DNA of 64,000 nucleotides from an uncultured Gammaproteobacteria bacterium (GCA_964610465.1 CAZSWA010000007.1:4062-68061); one strand, 5' to 3'; shown: positions 36,309-46,743, counted from the first letter of the stretch. The notes: a model not told the origin generated them from the letters alone. Program-made: numbers and translations.

Positions 36309-38159
36309 TTAGGCTGCTGTTTGAAGATTGCTTATCACATGTATGCCTTTATCATCCAATACATTTTCTACTTCTTCTTTGGTAACTGGACGAGTGACAG
36401 GTTTAGTTGTAACTTTTACTGCAGGATTTTTGTCAATAATTGTATCGGTATTTTTTGCAACCTGGCCAATATCATTTACTTCGCCCATACCTGCTATTGC
36501 TTGCAATACTCTATGGTATGAACCATCTCCCCGGAATAAAGTGAGGTAACGGATTATTTCACTTTTAAAATCTTCTGGTTCCGGCTCTGGAAGCTCACGT
36601 GCAATATCTGCTCCGGTTATTTTTTCTCCTGTTGTTGCCTTTTTTTCAAAAATTGTTTTCGCGACTTCCAATGTGGTATCTCTCCTTTTTTTATCAGTAT
36701 CCACATCCTGAACAAATTGTGGTTCTTCGACTTCTTCATTACCTTCCTTCACTGCTTCTTTCTCTTTTGTTTCTTCTTGTGTTTTCTTTTTAGTTTCTTT
36801 TTCTGTTTTTTCTTCAAGCTGTTCTTTCAACAGAGTTTTTGTCTGAGTTTGTGGTTTTACTTCGGTTTTTACTTGCGTTGCAAGTTGTGGAGAAGTGTGT
36901 GTACTATTCTCGGTAGTAGTTACCGTCTGAGTTTTGGTTGTACGTAAAGGCTCTATCTGTGTTGTTTTAGATGATACCATAGGTATTTCACTCGTTTTCT
37001 TAAATGGGAGAATTTTTGCAGATTGTACTTCAGGTTTGGTAATTTCTTTCACAGTTGCTTTAAGTGAAGCAGCTTTTACAGGTTCTATATGTGTTTGAGT
37101 TAAGCCTGCTTTTTTCTGTTCTCTTGCGATAAGTGCTTTCTGGAAATTTAGTATTTTCTCTGACTTCTGAGATACACGAGGCAATTCTTTTACTTTAGGT
37201 GATGTTACTTCAGCAGGTCTTGGAGTAACAGCGTCTACCACAGGTCTGTCTTTTATGAAAGTATTTGTTTTTGTTTGTTCTTCTCCAATTCTTGCCAGTT
37301 CTGCCCGTACTTCAGCAAGTTTCTGTACTTCTCTTGTATGATGTTCATTTGCAATTCTTAATTCTCTATAATTAATCGCTGGATTGGTAGTAGGTTTTTC
37401 TTGAGAAACTTTTTGTATCTCCTGTGAAATGAGTTTTGTTTGTAAAGGATAAAGGTGTTCGCTAGACGTATGTACTGCAGTATTTTGTTCAGCTGGTGCT
37501 TTTGGTTTTATCACTTGCCAGTCAGGAGAAGTAAAAGCAACTTTTGCAGTCGGAGCTTTTAATTTAGCTGGCTTATTCGCTTTTATATTAATAAATTCAC
37601 TGCCTGCTGGTTCAACATTTGCTGGTAGCTTATCTTTCTGTGAAGCGCGTGGCCGTATTGCTCGCCATTCCGGATTGGAATACATCTGTTTTCTCACAGA
37701 TGCTGCATTGGTTTCAGCTGTATCTTTTGGTAAGACTTCAGGGATACCAAGAGGCTTAAATTGTCTATTAAATTCTTTTTTAGAAAAAGTTCTTGCTCCT
37801 TGGAATTTTTCAACTTCTTGGGTTTTTTGACCAGAGGCAGAAGCAAGTACTTCCCATTTGAGCGGATTGGATGTATCAACACGTTTTGTTGCAGAATTAT
37901 CTGATACACGCGGTTTAATTTCAATCATATTGTCAGTCCTTCCAGCTCGTGTTGGTTGAGGGATATGTCTTCCTCCTTCTATTCCAAATAACTCTGAAGA
38001 TTGAAATCCTTTTTGTACTAAAGGGCGTGTATCACCAATTCCTGGATTGCGAGAAACTCTTTCTGCTACACCGACTCCACCTCTTACTGAAGTTGCGCTT
38101 CCTTTTGAACCTCCTGAGAAACCTCCTCCTGTATTTGAAAATCCACCTTCTTTTCCCAT
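36309..38159 (-). CDS. Large low-complexity (G-rich N-terminus, K/E/T/P-rich) hypothetical protein
   Basis: 616 aa open frame, apparently disordered composition. Confidence 0.75.
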   Translation of the reverse strand: MGKEGGFSNTGGGFSGGSKGSATSVRGGVGVAERVSRNPGIGDTRPLVQKGFQSSELFGIEGGRHIPQPTRAGRTDNMIEIKPRVSDNSATKRVDTSNPLKWEVLASASGQKTQEVEKFQGARTFSKKEFNRQFKPLGIPEVLPKDTAETNAASVRKQMYSNPEWRAIRPRASQKDKLPANVEPAGSEFINIKANKPAKLKAPTAKVAFTSPDWQVIKPKAPAEQNTAVHTSSEHLYPLQTKLISQEIQKVSQEKPTTNPAINYRELRIANEHHTREVQKLAEVRAELARIGEEQTKTNTFIKDRPVVDAVTPRPAEVTSPKVKELPRVSQKSEKILNFQKALIAREQKKAGLTQTHIEPVKAASLKATVKEITKPEVQSAKILPFKKTSEIPMVSSKTTQIEPLRTTKTQTVTTTENSTHTSPQLATQVKTEVKPQTQTKTLLKEQLEEKTEKETKKKTQEETKEKEAVKEGNEEVEEPQFVQDVDTDKKRRDTTLEVAKTIFEKKATTGEKITGADIARELPEPEPEDFKSEIIRYLTLFRGDGSYHRVLQAIAGMGEVNDIGQVAKNTDTIIDKNPAVKVTTKPVTRPVTKEEVENVLDDKGIHVISNLQTAA

Positions 38160-38257
38160 ATCTATGTTTGCAGTGTATAAAAATTTGAGCCTAAAATCTT
38201 GACATAATCCTTACAGCAAGTTTTTAAGGTAAAGTAAAAAGTTGAAGTATAAATGTA

Positions 38258-39313
38258 TTACTCTACAATTTGGGTTTGCGGAAGTACTTTTTTTAGATTT
38301 GCGATATCACTAGCCGGGATACTATTTCCTTTAAGACAAAGGTACTGTAACTTTTTCAGTTTTTCAATTCCTTCCGGAAGTTTTGTTAGCTTATTATTAC
38401 ATAAGTCAAGTGATACCAATTTTGTAAGTTTAACAATTGCTGGCATAGTTACAATCATATTGTAAGCAAGTTGAAGAGAAGTTAGAGTAGGAAGATTATT
38501 AATTTTGGCAGATATAGTTGAGATATGGTTATTATTGAAGTTGAGAAATGTAAGTTTTTTAAGAGTATAGATTGATGATGGTATTTCATCGAGATTAACT
38601 TCCTGAAGATAAAGAGTATTTATATTGGGGAAATTTTGGAAGTTATCTGGAACATGAATAGAAGGAGATTTTGCTACGGAAAGTGCAGTAAGTGAATTCT
38701 GTTTTTTAACCCCTATTGGGAAATTAGTTAACGAAAGGTTACTTAATAGTATAAATTTAGTAAGATTAGGAAGGTCTCCTATTGTTGAAGGAAGTGTTTT
38801 AATATCAGTACCAGTCATATAGAGAGTTTGTAAGTTTTGTAGTTTACCAATTTCTTTAGGAATAGTAGTATGCATTGTTTCTATAACTGAAAGAGTAGAA
38901 AGCGATGTTAAGTTTCCTATCTCTTGAGGAAGTTGTGTATCATTTGTCTCATGTATATCAAGTGTTTGGATATTGGTAAGTTTTGCACTTATTGAGACCA
39001 GAGATAAAATGGAATCATCAGACTGTAATGTAAGAGTACATACTTTGTTAGGAGTTAGTGTCGCCTGTTTGACAAAATACTGACTCCTGTCATTATTGCA
39101 GAAAGAATTATTTTGTGCCATAAATAAGGTCGGCGTGGCGACACTGTTTACTGCTTTATTAACAGAAGAACTTGTATTTGTGAACTCATAATAAAATGAT
39201 GCAATCATTACAACAAATAGAAAACAAAGAAATACAAAAATTGCTATGAACACAAAACGTGGATTAAGGACAAATGGTGTTTCATGGTTCCTATTTTGTG
39301 TGTTTTCACTCAT
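38258..39313 (-). CDS. Membrane-anchored leucine-rich repeat protein
   Basis: About 9-10 LxxLxLxxN-type repeats (LPQEIGNLTSL, LKKLQYLCLKGN); TM near the N-terminus. Start set at the ATG at 39313. Confidence 0.88.
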   Translation of the reverse strand: MSENTQNRNHETPFVLNPRFVFIAIFVFLCFLFVVMIASFYYEFTNTSSSVNKAVNSVATPTLFMAQNNSFCNNDRSQYFVKQATLTPNKVCTLTLQSDDSILSLVSISAKLTNIQTLDIHETNDTQLPQEIGNLTSLSTLSVIETMHTTIPKEIGKLQNLQTLYMTGTDIKTLPSTIGDLPNLTKFILLSNLSLTNFPIGVKKQNSLTALSVAKSPSIHVPDNFQNFPNINTLYLQEVNLDEIPSSIYTLKKLTFLNFNNNHISTISAKINNLPTLTSLQLAYNMIVTMPAIVKLTKLVSLDLCNNKLTKLPEGIEKLKKLQYLCLKGNSIPASDIANLKKVLPQTQIVE

Positions 39314-39371
39314 ATAGTAAGTGTTATATATCGGTAGTTTATTGTCAACCCTACTATCGGGAGTAGAATCT

Positions 39372-39905
39372 TTAGGGAATGCAGTTAAAATCGTCAATAA
39401 GCCAAAGTCCATTCTGGTTTACTAAAACAACTCTATGGATTGGTTGTCCACTTAAGGCATTATCACGAATAATAACTTGTGCATGAGTGCCTGTATTAAG
39501 GGTTTCTTCATAAGTAACATCGGTAGCTCTATGTATCTTGCAGATAACTGGATCATTATTAAGCGAAGGATAATACATATTAGTAATATGCTGTTTAAAT
39601 ACATCAGTAAGGTATGGATTTGTTTTATATGCTCCACTTGACAGAGGGTTATTGTTATAAGAAAGATACCACGTATAAAATGTTTGTACTACATTTGCAG
39701 GAGTATTTGGTTTAGTATTGGAAGTATTGTCATTGTATTGATATTGTGGTAAATTTTGCGAAGTTCCTGTAGGATTGGTTCCTGCTATTCCTTGATTATT
39801 TTGTTTAGGATTGTTATGCCCTAGAATAAGTAACAATGCCCCACCTATCAATATGACTCCAGCTATAACTGCCAGAATAAGATATTTATTTTTAGAAAAA
39901 TTCAT
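39372..39905 (-). CDS. Anchored DUF3828/NTF2-like domain protein
   Basis: PANVVQTFYTWY, DPVIC, LVNQNGLWLIDD. Confidence 0.6.
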   Translation of the reverse strand: MNFSKNKYLILAVIAGVILIGGALLLILGHNNPKQNNQGIAGTNPTGTSQNLPQYQYNDNTSNTKPNTPANVVQTFYTWYLSYNNNPLSSGAYKTNPYLTDVFKQHITNMYYPSLNNDPVICKIHRATDVTYEETLNTGTHAQVIIRDNALSGQPIHRVVLVNQNGLWLIDDFNCIP

Positions 39906-39911
39906 AGAAAT

Positions 39912-40742
39912 TTATTGGATTGTAATAGTAGTACATCCAATACCTCTATCTCTATCACCGTCGTGAATAACAAACTCAGCACTATATGTGCCAGGTGCTA
40001 ATTTTAGAGAATTTACATCCCAGATATACTCAGCTGTATTGTCCAGTTTTGGTCCTGGTGCCGGGTCAATAACAGGTCCATTTAGAGGTGCATTGTTACC
40101 GGTATCGCAGAATGATTCACCCAGTGAACCTCCAGTGGATTTAGGACCATTATTATATATTCCTTTAATTTGTGTAGGGAAAAATGGTGTACCGCCATTT
40201 TCTGCAAGATTAGGAGAAATATATAAGGCTGGTTCCCATAAATAACCATCTGAAGACTTTTCTGTGTGGTTGCCACTAGTAGTAATAAAACCGGTAGAAG
40301 GATTTGCAACTTCTCCTGTTCCTACACAAGGTGGATTTTCGTCAGTTACCCATACCTTTACCTGTCCTCCAGCTCCAACCGTTTGACCCTGGGCAGGTGA
40401 ATATCCGACCAGAATTTCAGGTTCAGTATTCACACTTTTATTTTGACAAAGTGCGGGTTGCTGCGTAGGAACAATAGGAGTAGGAGTAACAGTAACTCCT
40501 TTAAATGTATAAAGTTGTAAATCATTTCGTGTTGGAAATGACGAAGGTTTTGTAATAACTACAGGAGTTGCGTTTTGATCAGGTTGACTAGGAAGAATTG
40601 TGCCTCCAGTTAAAAATACTGCAGCGAGAATAAGTATTATAAGAATAAAAGCAATAAATATTGTGCCTGTTGATATTGAACCAATAAGTTTATTTCTTCG
40701 TACAGCTGTTCTTTTGCGGGGATGTACTGTTTTTCTCCTCAT
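39912..40742 (-). CDS. Membrane-anchored extracellular beta-rich hypothetical protein
   Basis: Basic N-terminus, TM, P/T linker, four Cys. The ATG at 40742 follows TTGCAA-17-TACTCT. Confidence 0.7.
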   Translation of the reverse strand: MRRKTVHPRKRTAVRRNKLIGSISTGTIFIAFILIILILAAVFLTGGTILPSQPDQNATPVVITKPSSFPTRNDLQLYTFKGVTVTPTPIVPTQQPALCQNKSVNTEPEILVGYSPAQGQTVGAGGQVKVWVTDENPPCVGTGEVANPSTGFITTSGNHTEKSSDGYLWEPALYISPNLAENGGTPFFPTQIKGIYNNGPKSTGGSLGESFCDTGNNAPLNGPVIDPAPGPKLDNTAEYIWDVNSLKLAPGTYSAEFVIHDGDRDRGIGCTTITIQ

Positions 40743-40818
40743 TCGTTTTAGAGTAAAGAATATTTTTTGAAATTGCAAGAGGTGAAAAGAAGAATAACGT
40801 GAATATATGTATTGTGAT

Positions 40819-40845
40819 GGGCTCCCCGCGATCAGGCAGGGAGCC
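40819..40845 (-). terminator. Strong GC hairpin at the 3' end of islet 1
   Basis: GGGCTCCC...GGGAGCCC stem; no clean U tract. Confidence 0.5.
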
Positions 40846-40918
40846 CTTGAAAAAATGTGCCAGCCTGGCAAATTGTTCCCCGCATCTTTAAGGGAATGAT
40901 TTGTCTGGAAGGCGCTCG

Positions 40919-41155
40919 CTATATAGTACCAAGGGGTTGGTCGCCAAATCCGGACACATAGTCCGGCAGGTTAGAATCAAGGAAATCATGCCTGGGAGGC
41001 ATGGGTCGTGCAGACGAAGCTCGTGCATTTGCAACAGCTTCTTCTACTATGGAGTCATGAAGACTCCGTAGCTTCTCTTTCGCTTCCTCAACTGCTCCCG
41101 TTTCGAGCTGACTCAAGATCTCCTTAATCTCTCTCCCGATAGACAACAAACCCAT
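40919..41155 (-). CDS. Small orphan protein (islet 1)
   Basis: AGGAGG SD upstream; visibly more GC-rich than flanks. Confidence 0.65.
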   Translation of the reverse strand: MGLLSIGREIKEILSQLETGAVEEAKEKLRSLHDSIVEEAVANARASSARPMPPRHDFLDSNLPDYVSGFGDQPLGTI

Positions 41156-41298
41156 GTGTTCCCTCCTAAAGAACTTATATTAGCCCCTGCACGGCGCATT
41201 TGCCATGCTCATGGGATTAACACTTTAGAGATATGATGTGATATCTCCAAAATACTAATTCCATAATTGGAAGGTTTTTCAGTAAAATTTGATATAAA

Positions 41299-41375
41299 TT
41301 TATAAAGAGCGAAATCCTGCTATAGTACCCTTTTAAGCCAAAAGGTAATGTAGCACTGGAATATTTAAATGTCAA
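41299..41375 (-). promoter_or_regulatory. Promoter + boxB-like hairpin + boxA-like motif (islet 1)
   Basis: TTGACA-17-TACATT; hairpin TACCTTTT-GGCTT-AAAAGGGTA; CGCTCTTTATAA. Confidence 0.65.
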
Positions 41376-41559
41376 GTTTTCTTAACAAACATAATAAGTG
41401 ATAGTTTAGCTCCGTAATAAGTTCAGGTAAAATGCTATAGACTTAATTCTTTTTAATGGTTCTTTAATCTAAAAATTGTTTTGCTTCCGCTTTACATTCA
41501 GGCAAACGCCAAAGGCAGCTTATAATAATATATTCACCCGATACACTATAACAGGGCAC

Positions 41560-41610
41560 AAAAAATTCGGAAATAAACGACCTTTTTATAGTAAGCCGTA
41601 TTTCCGAATT
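41560..41610 (-). terminator. Intrinsic terminator downstream of the Lys-rich gene
   Basis: 12-bp IR AATTCGGAAATA/TATTTCCGAATT followed by a T run on the minus strand. Confidence 0.6.
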
Positions 41611-41629
41611 AATTTGTTTCTGTCTTCGC

Positions 41630-42028
41630 TTATTTGCCACCCATTCTATCTTTTACAGATTGAGCAGTATGTGCAATTCTTCCGGCTGATTCAGCTGTAG
41701 TTTTACGCATATCTCCTGCCTTTTCATTAAGTTTCTGGAAATTATCTGATGCTGAACGTGCGAATTCTGAAACTTTTTCTCCAACAGTTTTACGAGTATC
41801 CTCATTGGCAAGCGCAGCTCCGGCAATTCCACCAATAGTTGCACCAATAATTGCACCAGCAGTTCCTCCTACCAATGTACTGGCACCGCCTTTGCTTCCT
41901 TTTTTCATGACACTTTTATGATTTTTTTGCTTCATGGCTTTTGCTGCTGTCTTACCACCTTTTGCACCTTTCTTTTTATAAGACTTTTTTGCCTGATATT
42001 CTTTATGCTCTTTTGCTTTTTTAGGCAT
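41630..42028 (-). CDS. Lys-rich N-terminus + glycine-zipper (YtxH-like) protein
   Basis: MPKKAKEHK..., GGTAGAIIGATIGGIAGAAL, ETR-like segment followed by a helical tail; SD GGAAGGTGA. Confidence 0.7.
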   Translation of the reverse strand: MPKKAKEHKEYQAKKSYKKKGAKGGKTAAKAMKQKNHKSVMKKGSKGGASTLVGGTAGAIIGATIGGIAGAALANEDTRKTVGEKVSEFARSASDNFQKLNEKAGDMRKTTAESAGRIAHTAQSVKDRMGGK

Positions 42029-42140
42029 TTTTTTCACCTTCCTTTCTTTTAGATTTGTTTTACCCTGCATTAAGACTAGTGTGAAAATGTTATGTTATTT
42101 TGTGAATATTGTTAAAGTTGCGTATGAAAGAGACGGGTAT

Positions 42141-42752
42141 TTAGATAAATTTTGTGAGATTAAATGAAGTTCTATGAATTTCTGATAAGCCGTATTTTTT
42201 AATTGCTGCCTGATGGTCTTTTGTTCCATATCCTTTATTTTTTACAAAACTATATTCAGGATATCTTTTATGGAGTAATTCCATACGCTCGTCACGATAT
42301 ACTTTTGCAATGATAGATGCTGCAGCAATGGTAATACTTTTTCGATCACCTTTGATAATTGGTTTTTGATATTTACGAGTCAGATGTTCTACATAAAATG
42401 CATCTATCAAAACAAAATCGGGTCGCAAAGTCAGAATACTGAGTGCTTTTCGGAACGCCATTTGAGTTGCTTTCCCTATTCCTTTTTTGTTGATTTCTCT
42501 GACTGAAATTTCTGCAATACCAAAACTTACTGCATGTTTTCTAATGATTACTGAAAGTTCTTCTCTTTTTTTAGGAGAAAGAAGTTTGGAATCATTTATT
42601 TCATCTGTTGCATTGAAATCAGGAGACAATATTACTGCTGCTGCAACCACAGGGCCAGCGAAACATCCGCGTCCGACTTCGTCAATGCCTGCAATATATT
42701 TAAATCCCTTTTGCCAAAGAATTTTTTCTTCATCAAAAGTAGGCTTGATCAT
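42141..42752 (-). CDS. rnhB: Ribonuclease HII
   Basis: GIDEVGRG..AGPVV, DSKLL, IAAASIIAKVYRD, KGYGT. Confidence 0.97.
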   Translation of the reverse strand: MIKPTFDEEKILWQKGFKYIAGIDEVGRGCFAGPVVAAAVILSPDFNATDEINDSKLLSPKKREELSVIIRKHAVSFGIAEISVREINKKGIGKATQMAFRKALSILTLRPDFVLIDAFYVEHLTRKYQKPIIKGDRKSITIAAASIIAKVYRDERMELLHKRYPEYSFVKNKGYGTKDHQAAIKKYGLSEIHRTSFNLTKFI

Positions 42753-42754
42753 AA

Positions 42755-43074
42755 TTTAGTTATTTAAAATTGTGTGCTGTAAGTATTCATCTACACTTAT
42801 CTATTTATTCTCATCATTATTCTTTGTAAATAGTTTCTTTCCAGCTTTTCTATTGCATCCGGGTTATGAGGATAGTTTTCTCCTCATATTTCTGCAAACT
42901 TTAAAACATCTTCCTGCGAAACCTCCTGTTTCTTTTAAAACATTACTTATTGCATCAAGTGCCATAATTCGTTCAGAGACTTGTTCACTTACAGTATCCA
43001 TTGGCAAGAGGATATTTTGTTCAGACAAAGTCCTGTCAATTTGTTTTTCTGTTTGGTTTTAGATGTTCACTCAT
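42755..43074 (-). pseudogene. Possible frameshifted remnant of a hypothetical gene
   Basis: ATG at 43074 (MSEHL..*) followed by protein-like segments in other frames (QTEKQIDRTLSEQ...; QEDVLKFAEI*GENYP...). Confidence 0.3.
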
Positions 43075-43124
43075 ACCGGCAGTATATCACTTTTATCTAA
43101 TACAGGAGCAGCATTATTAGAAAA

Positions 43125-44288
43125 TTACTCTTCCAGTAAATTTTTTTGTGTTGCGGGTTCAAGGAGCATTCCTGAATCAAGAGTTTGAATAGAAGGCAAT
43201 GCCGAACCTAAGATTCCTTGCAGTTCTCCATACATAGTTGCGGTACTATTCATAAGACGCTTAATCTGCATTTCACGTTTTTTCCAGATTCTGATAGTTG
43301 CTCTTTGCTCTGCATCAAGATCATTGCGAAGTTCTATAATACTTTCCACTTGCGCTTCAAATCTGTTGCGAAATGTATCTTTGGTAAGATAAGAGAAAAG
43401 CGCTTCAAGACGCTGATCTTTATTTGCAGTTGTTGATTTGGCAATCGCGAGTTCAAAAAGACTCATTCGCAAAACACTTGCAAGTGAAAATGCATAGCGG
43501 TAACTTGCAACCCAAATATTTTCGTAATATCCAAACGTTTCTATTCCTTCAGGCAGCATATCACTTATCAAAATTGCAATACTTGCATCAGCTCGTCTTT
43601 TATCTTCACGGAGTTTGGAAGACCACTGACTATTCCATACTTTTGTCCGTTTGGTTTCCCAAATAATAATTCCTGCTAGCTGTCCAAGTTTGTTTTTGAC
43701 TTTTTGCAAAATATCTGCGCCTTCTATTCCCTTTGGTACAGGTACTATGTCATCAGTTGGAAAAGATTCTCTAAGCTTTGCTTCAAATTCGAGTTCCAAC
43801 ACTTCTCCTTGCAACTGTTGTGATTTTTGTGTGGCTTTTCGTTGAGCATCCTCCAACGCTTTTTGAGTATCTTCAAGTTTTTTTTGCAGCTCTGCTTTTT
43901 CGAGATTAGCTTTTTCTCGTTCTCTCTTAGATGTCTCTTCTTGAATCTTTTCACTTATTTGAATAAGTTCTTTTTGTTTTTGCAGTTCTGTTTCTTGTTG
44001 CAGTTGTTTTGATGCTCGTAGCTCTTTTGTTAATTCTGTAATTTGTTCAATTAATTCTTTTATGCGCTTATCTTTTTCTTCATTTTCTTCTTTGGTTTGT
44101 TTTATTTGCAGCTCAAATGCGTCTCGTATTTTTTTCTCTGATTTGTCTGATGCGAGTTTTTCAATTTCTTCTATTTCTTTTTTGTGTTTTGCTTCTATTT
44201 CAGCAAGATGCTGTTTTTCAAATTGATGTTTAAGCGCCTGGCTTATTTCCACTGTTTTGCCACAGTGCGGACAAATGACTGTATTCAT
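43125..44288 (-). CDS. DUF2130 family coiled-coil protein
   Basis: ICPHCG, SQQLQGEVLE, VPKGIEGAD, IIWETKRTK.W...W..KLRED. Confidence 0.88.
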   Translation of the reverse strand: MNTVICPHCGKTVEISQALKHQFEKQHLAEIEAKHKKEIEEIEKLASDKSEKKIRDAFELQIKQTKEENEEKDKRIKELIEQITELTKELRASKQLQQETELQKQKELIQISEKIQEETSKREREKANLEKAELQKKLEDTQKALEDAQRKATQKSQQLQGEVLELEFEAKLRESFPTDDIVPVPKGIEGADILQKVKNKLGQLAGIIIWETKRTKVWNSQWSSKLREDKRRADASIAILISDMLPEGIETFGYYENIWVASYRYAFSLASVLRMSLFELAIAKSTTANKDQRLEALFSYLTKDTFRNRFEAQVESIIELRNDLDAEQRATIRIWKKREMQIKRLMNSTATMYGELQGILGSALPSIQTLDSGMLLEPATQKNLLEE

Positions 44289-44417
44289 AGCAGGATAGGA
44301 ATTAGGTAGATACCATAATACTCCCTAAATGCTTATAGCGCAAGTCTTTTCAAAACATTTTCTAAAGTTTGATAAAGAGATTGACAAAGTAAAAGCAAAT
44401 ATATATAAATAACTATT

Positions 44418-45059
44418 ATGTTTGCTGAAAGAATAACGCCTGAATATTTTTCAGGAAGAATGAATCAGATAGAACAACCTACACCTCCAAAAACGGTGAT
44501 AACTCATACTGCTTCTCTTATTGTGGGATATTTTAATGGATTAAGTACTTCTCCAGATGAGATATCTGGTTACCTATATAACAACACAACTCACTACTTA
44601 CAAAATGTAATGGGTGGTTTGAAAATAATAGATATGCTAGCGAGTAAAACAGCCAGGAGATATATCGAGCCGGTTGTTAATGAACTTACAAACTGTTTAT
44701 TCGGAGAAGATGAAAAAAAAATTCGTCAGCAATTAGAAGCATTCAATACTGCTCGTGTTATTTACTCTCATCTTCCAGATAGATATGACTCTATTTATTT
44801 TCCTGCTGGTTTCTCACGGCGTGGTATTCTTGAGGCACCAAAAACAGTAAAGTCATTTCGTACCCGTACAACTGAACTTTATTTAACGCTTGAGGATATT
44901 CGTCATGGAATAATTAATAAAAATATGAATGTAGACGTAAGAACGAGACTTATGCGAACATATGCATTTTTCAAAGTAGGAGCAGAGCTTCCGTTTCATG
45001 AAGGATTAACAAAAAAAGATATACAAGAGATGATGGAAGAGTCTTCACATAATCAATAA
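44418..45059 (+). CDS. Hypothetical protein
   Basis: 213 aa ORF behind a TTGACA promoter-like sequence. Confidence 0.7.
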   Translation: MFAERITPEYFSGRMNQIEQPTPPKTVITHTASLIVGYFNGLSTSPDEISGYLYNNTTHYLQNVMGGLKIIDMLASKTARRYIEPVVNELTNCLFGEDEKKIRQQLEAFNTARVIYSHLPDRYDSIYFPAGFSRRGILEAPKTVKSFRTRTTELYLTLEDIRHGIINKNMNVDVRTRLMRTYAFFKVGAELPFHEGLTKKDIQEMMEESSHNQ

Positions 45060-45144
45060 TTATTCTTCAGATTTGTCTAATTGAGCCTAAAAAGGTATAA
45101 TACTAATAGCCAAATAGATTCCCGTCGGGTTTAAACATTATACT

Positions 45145-45546
45145 ATGAAATGGATACTTCGCAATATCAGTATTTATACTTTTTCCTTGTATTTGCTCCC
45201 TAAACTTGTACAAGGAGTGCAGATTGAAAACGGACTTTTAACGCTTTTTGTCGGCGGTATTGTCCTAACATTAATTCTTTTTATCCTAAAACCTGTATTT
45301 AGCCTCATCAGTTTTCCACTTAATCTTTTGACACTTGGACTTTTTTCTACTTTTACCAATATCTTAGTATTGTATTTACTTACGGTTTTTGTAAAAGATA
45401 TTACTATCAGCTCATTTACCTTTAAAGGTCTTAATCTTGCCGGATTTATCATACCCAAAGTTACCTTCAGTTTGTTTTTTGCTTATGTGATTTCTGCCTT
45501 TGTTCTCTCACTTATAAGCTCTTTTATCACATGGTTAATGGAATGA
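45145..45546 (+). CDS. YvlD/DUF360 (Phage_holin_4_2) family membrane protein
   Basis: LKPVF.LISFPLNLLTLGLF. Confidence 0.85.
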   Translation: MKWILRNISIYTFSLYLLPKLVQGVQIENGLLTLFVGGIVLTLILFILKPVFSLISFPLNLLTLGLFSTFTNILVLYLLTVFVKDITISSFTFKGLNLAGFIIPKVTFSLFFAYVISAFVLSLISSFITWLME

Positions 45547-46517
45547 ATACTTTAGAAAATAAAAAAATGGTCTGTCTCGGCGGCGGTATTGGGACAGTCA
45601 ATCTTATCCGCGGCCTTAAAAAATATACTGAGAATATCTCGGTTATTGTTTCCATGGCTGACGAAGGAGGTTCTGCAGGAAGACTAAGGAGACTTTATAA
45701 TATTCTCCCGCCCGGAGATATTGTGTCTTGTATGGCAGGACTTATTAATGGTGATAATCCGCTTGTTAGCAAATTACTCACCTACAGATTCCCAGGTGAC
45801 AGGTATGGAGATGACAAAGAACTTGCCGGACACAAACTTGGCAATCTCATGATGGCTGCTGCATATGATATGACTGGTAACTATGAAGAGGCAATAGCGC
45901 TTATGAAACAAATATTTAAGGTGCAAGGAAATATTTATCCTGCTACTTTGGATGCTGTATCACTTAATGCAATTACTGTTGAGGGGAAAGAAATAAGTGG
46001 TGAAGAAGCAATCGACCTTGGCAAGTATAATGGCAAGAGAGTTTTGGAAAAAGTGTTTATCTCACCTGACAATCCAAAAGTAAACCCTAAAGCAGTGAGC
46101 GCTATTAAAGAGGCTGATGTAATTATTGCTGGACCAGGAGATTTATATTCAACTATCTTGCCGGTACTTATTATTAAAGAAATATCTCAGGCACTTATTG
46201 CAAGCCAAAAACCAAAAGTATTTATTGTAAATGTAGCCAATAAACCATTTGAAACAAAAGGATATACCGTAATAGATTTTATCAATGCAATAACCAAACA
46301 TTTGGGAACATTTCCATTTGATAAAGTCATAATAAACAATGACTATTCATATAAAATCCCTTCCAAGTATCACTACTCATATGTAGAGCATGACCCGACG
46401 TCTCTTGTTCCTGTTGAAAATCCACCTTTGATAATTGCTGCGGATTTGGTAAATCAGGAATTTCCTTTATATCATGACTCAGAGAAGCTTGCATATACTG
46501 TATATAAAAATATATAA
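45543..46517 (+). CDS. yvcK: YvcK/GlmR (UPF0052) family protein
   Basis: LGGGIG, ADEGGSAGRLR, PPGD, GHKLGNL, GPGDLYSTILP. Confidence 0.9.
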   Translation: MNTLENKKMVCLGGGIGTVNLIRGLKKYTENISVIVSMADEGGSAGRLRRLYNILPPGDIVSCMAGLINGDNPLVSKLLTYRFPGDRYGDDKELAGHKLGNLMMAAAYDMTGNYEEAIALMKQIFKVQGNIYPATLDAVSLNAITVEGKEISGEEAIDLGKYNGKRVLEKVFISPDNPKVNPKAVSAIKEADVIIAGPGDLYSTILPVLIIKEISQALIASQKPKVFIVNVANKPFETKGYTVIDFINAITKHLGTFPFDKVIINNDYSYKIPSKYHYSYVEHDPTSLVPVENPPLIIAADLVNQEFPLYHDSEKLAYTVYKNI

Positions 46518-46524
46518 TTGGGAT

Positions 46525-46740
46525 ATGGTTTTGACTATTTTACAAATTATTATCGCAGTACTTTTGGTCGGCGCAATTCTTCTGCAGGCACCTGAAGGCG
46601 GAATATCTCCTGTTTTTGGAGGAGGCGGAGAAATGTACAGAAGTAAAAGAAGTGTTGAGAAATTCCTCATAATTGCAACTATCGTATTGGCTGTACTTCT
46701 TGCTATTCTTTCAATTGCTCTTCTCTTCCCTCATAAATAA
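46525..46740 (+). CDS. secG: Preprotein translocase subunit SecG
   Basis: ILLQ...G....FGGGGE.Y.SKR.VEK; two TMs. Confidence 0.9.
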   Translation: MVLTILQIIIAVLLVGAILLQAPEGGISPVFGGGGEMYRSKRSVEKFLIIATIVLAVLLAILSIALLFPHK

Positions 46741-46743
46741 GTT

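Noticed and set aside
40743-40871. N-terminal extension of ORF 39912..40871
   Set aside because: It overlaps a strong hairpin and a promoter; the ATG at 40742 fits better.
45145-45546. Prophage suggested by the 'phage holin' family name
   Set aside because: YvlD-type gene in a housekeeping context (yvcK, secG); no phage genes.
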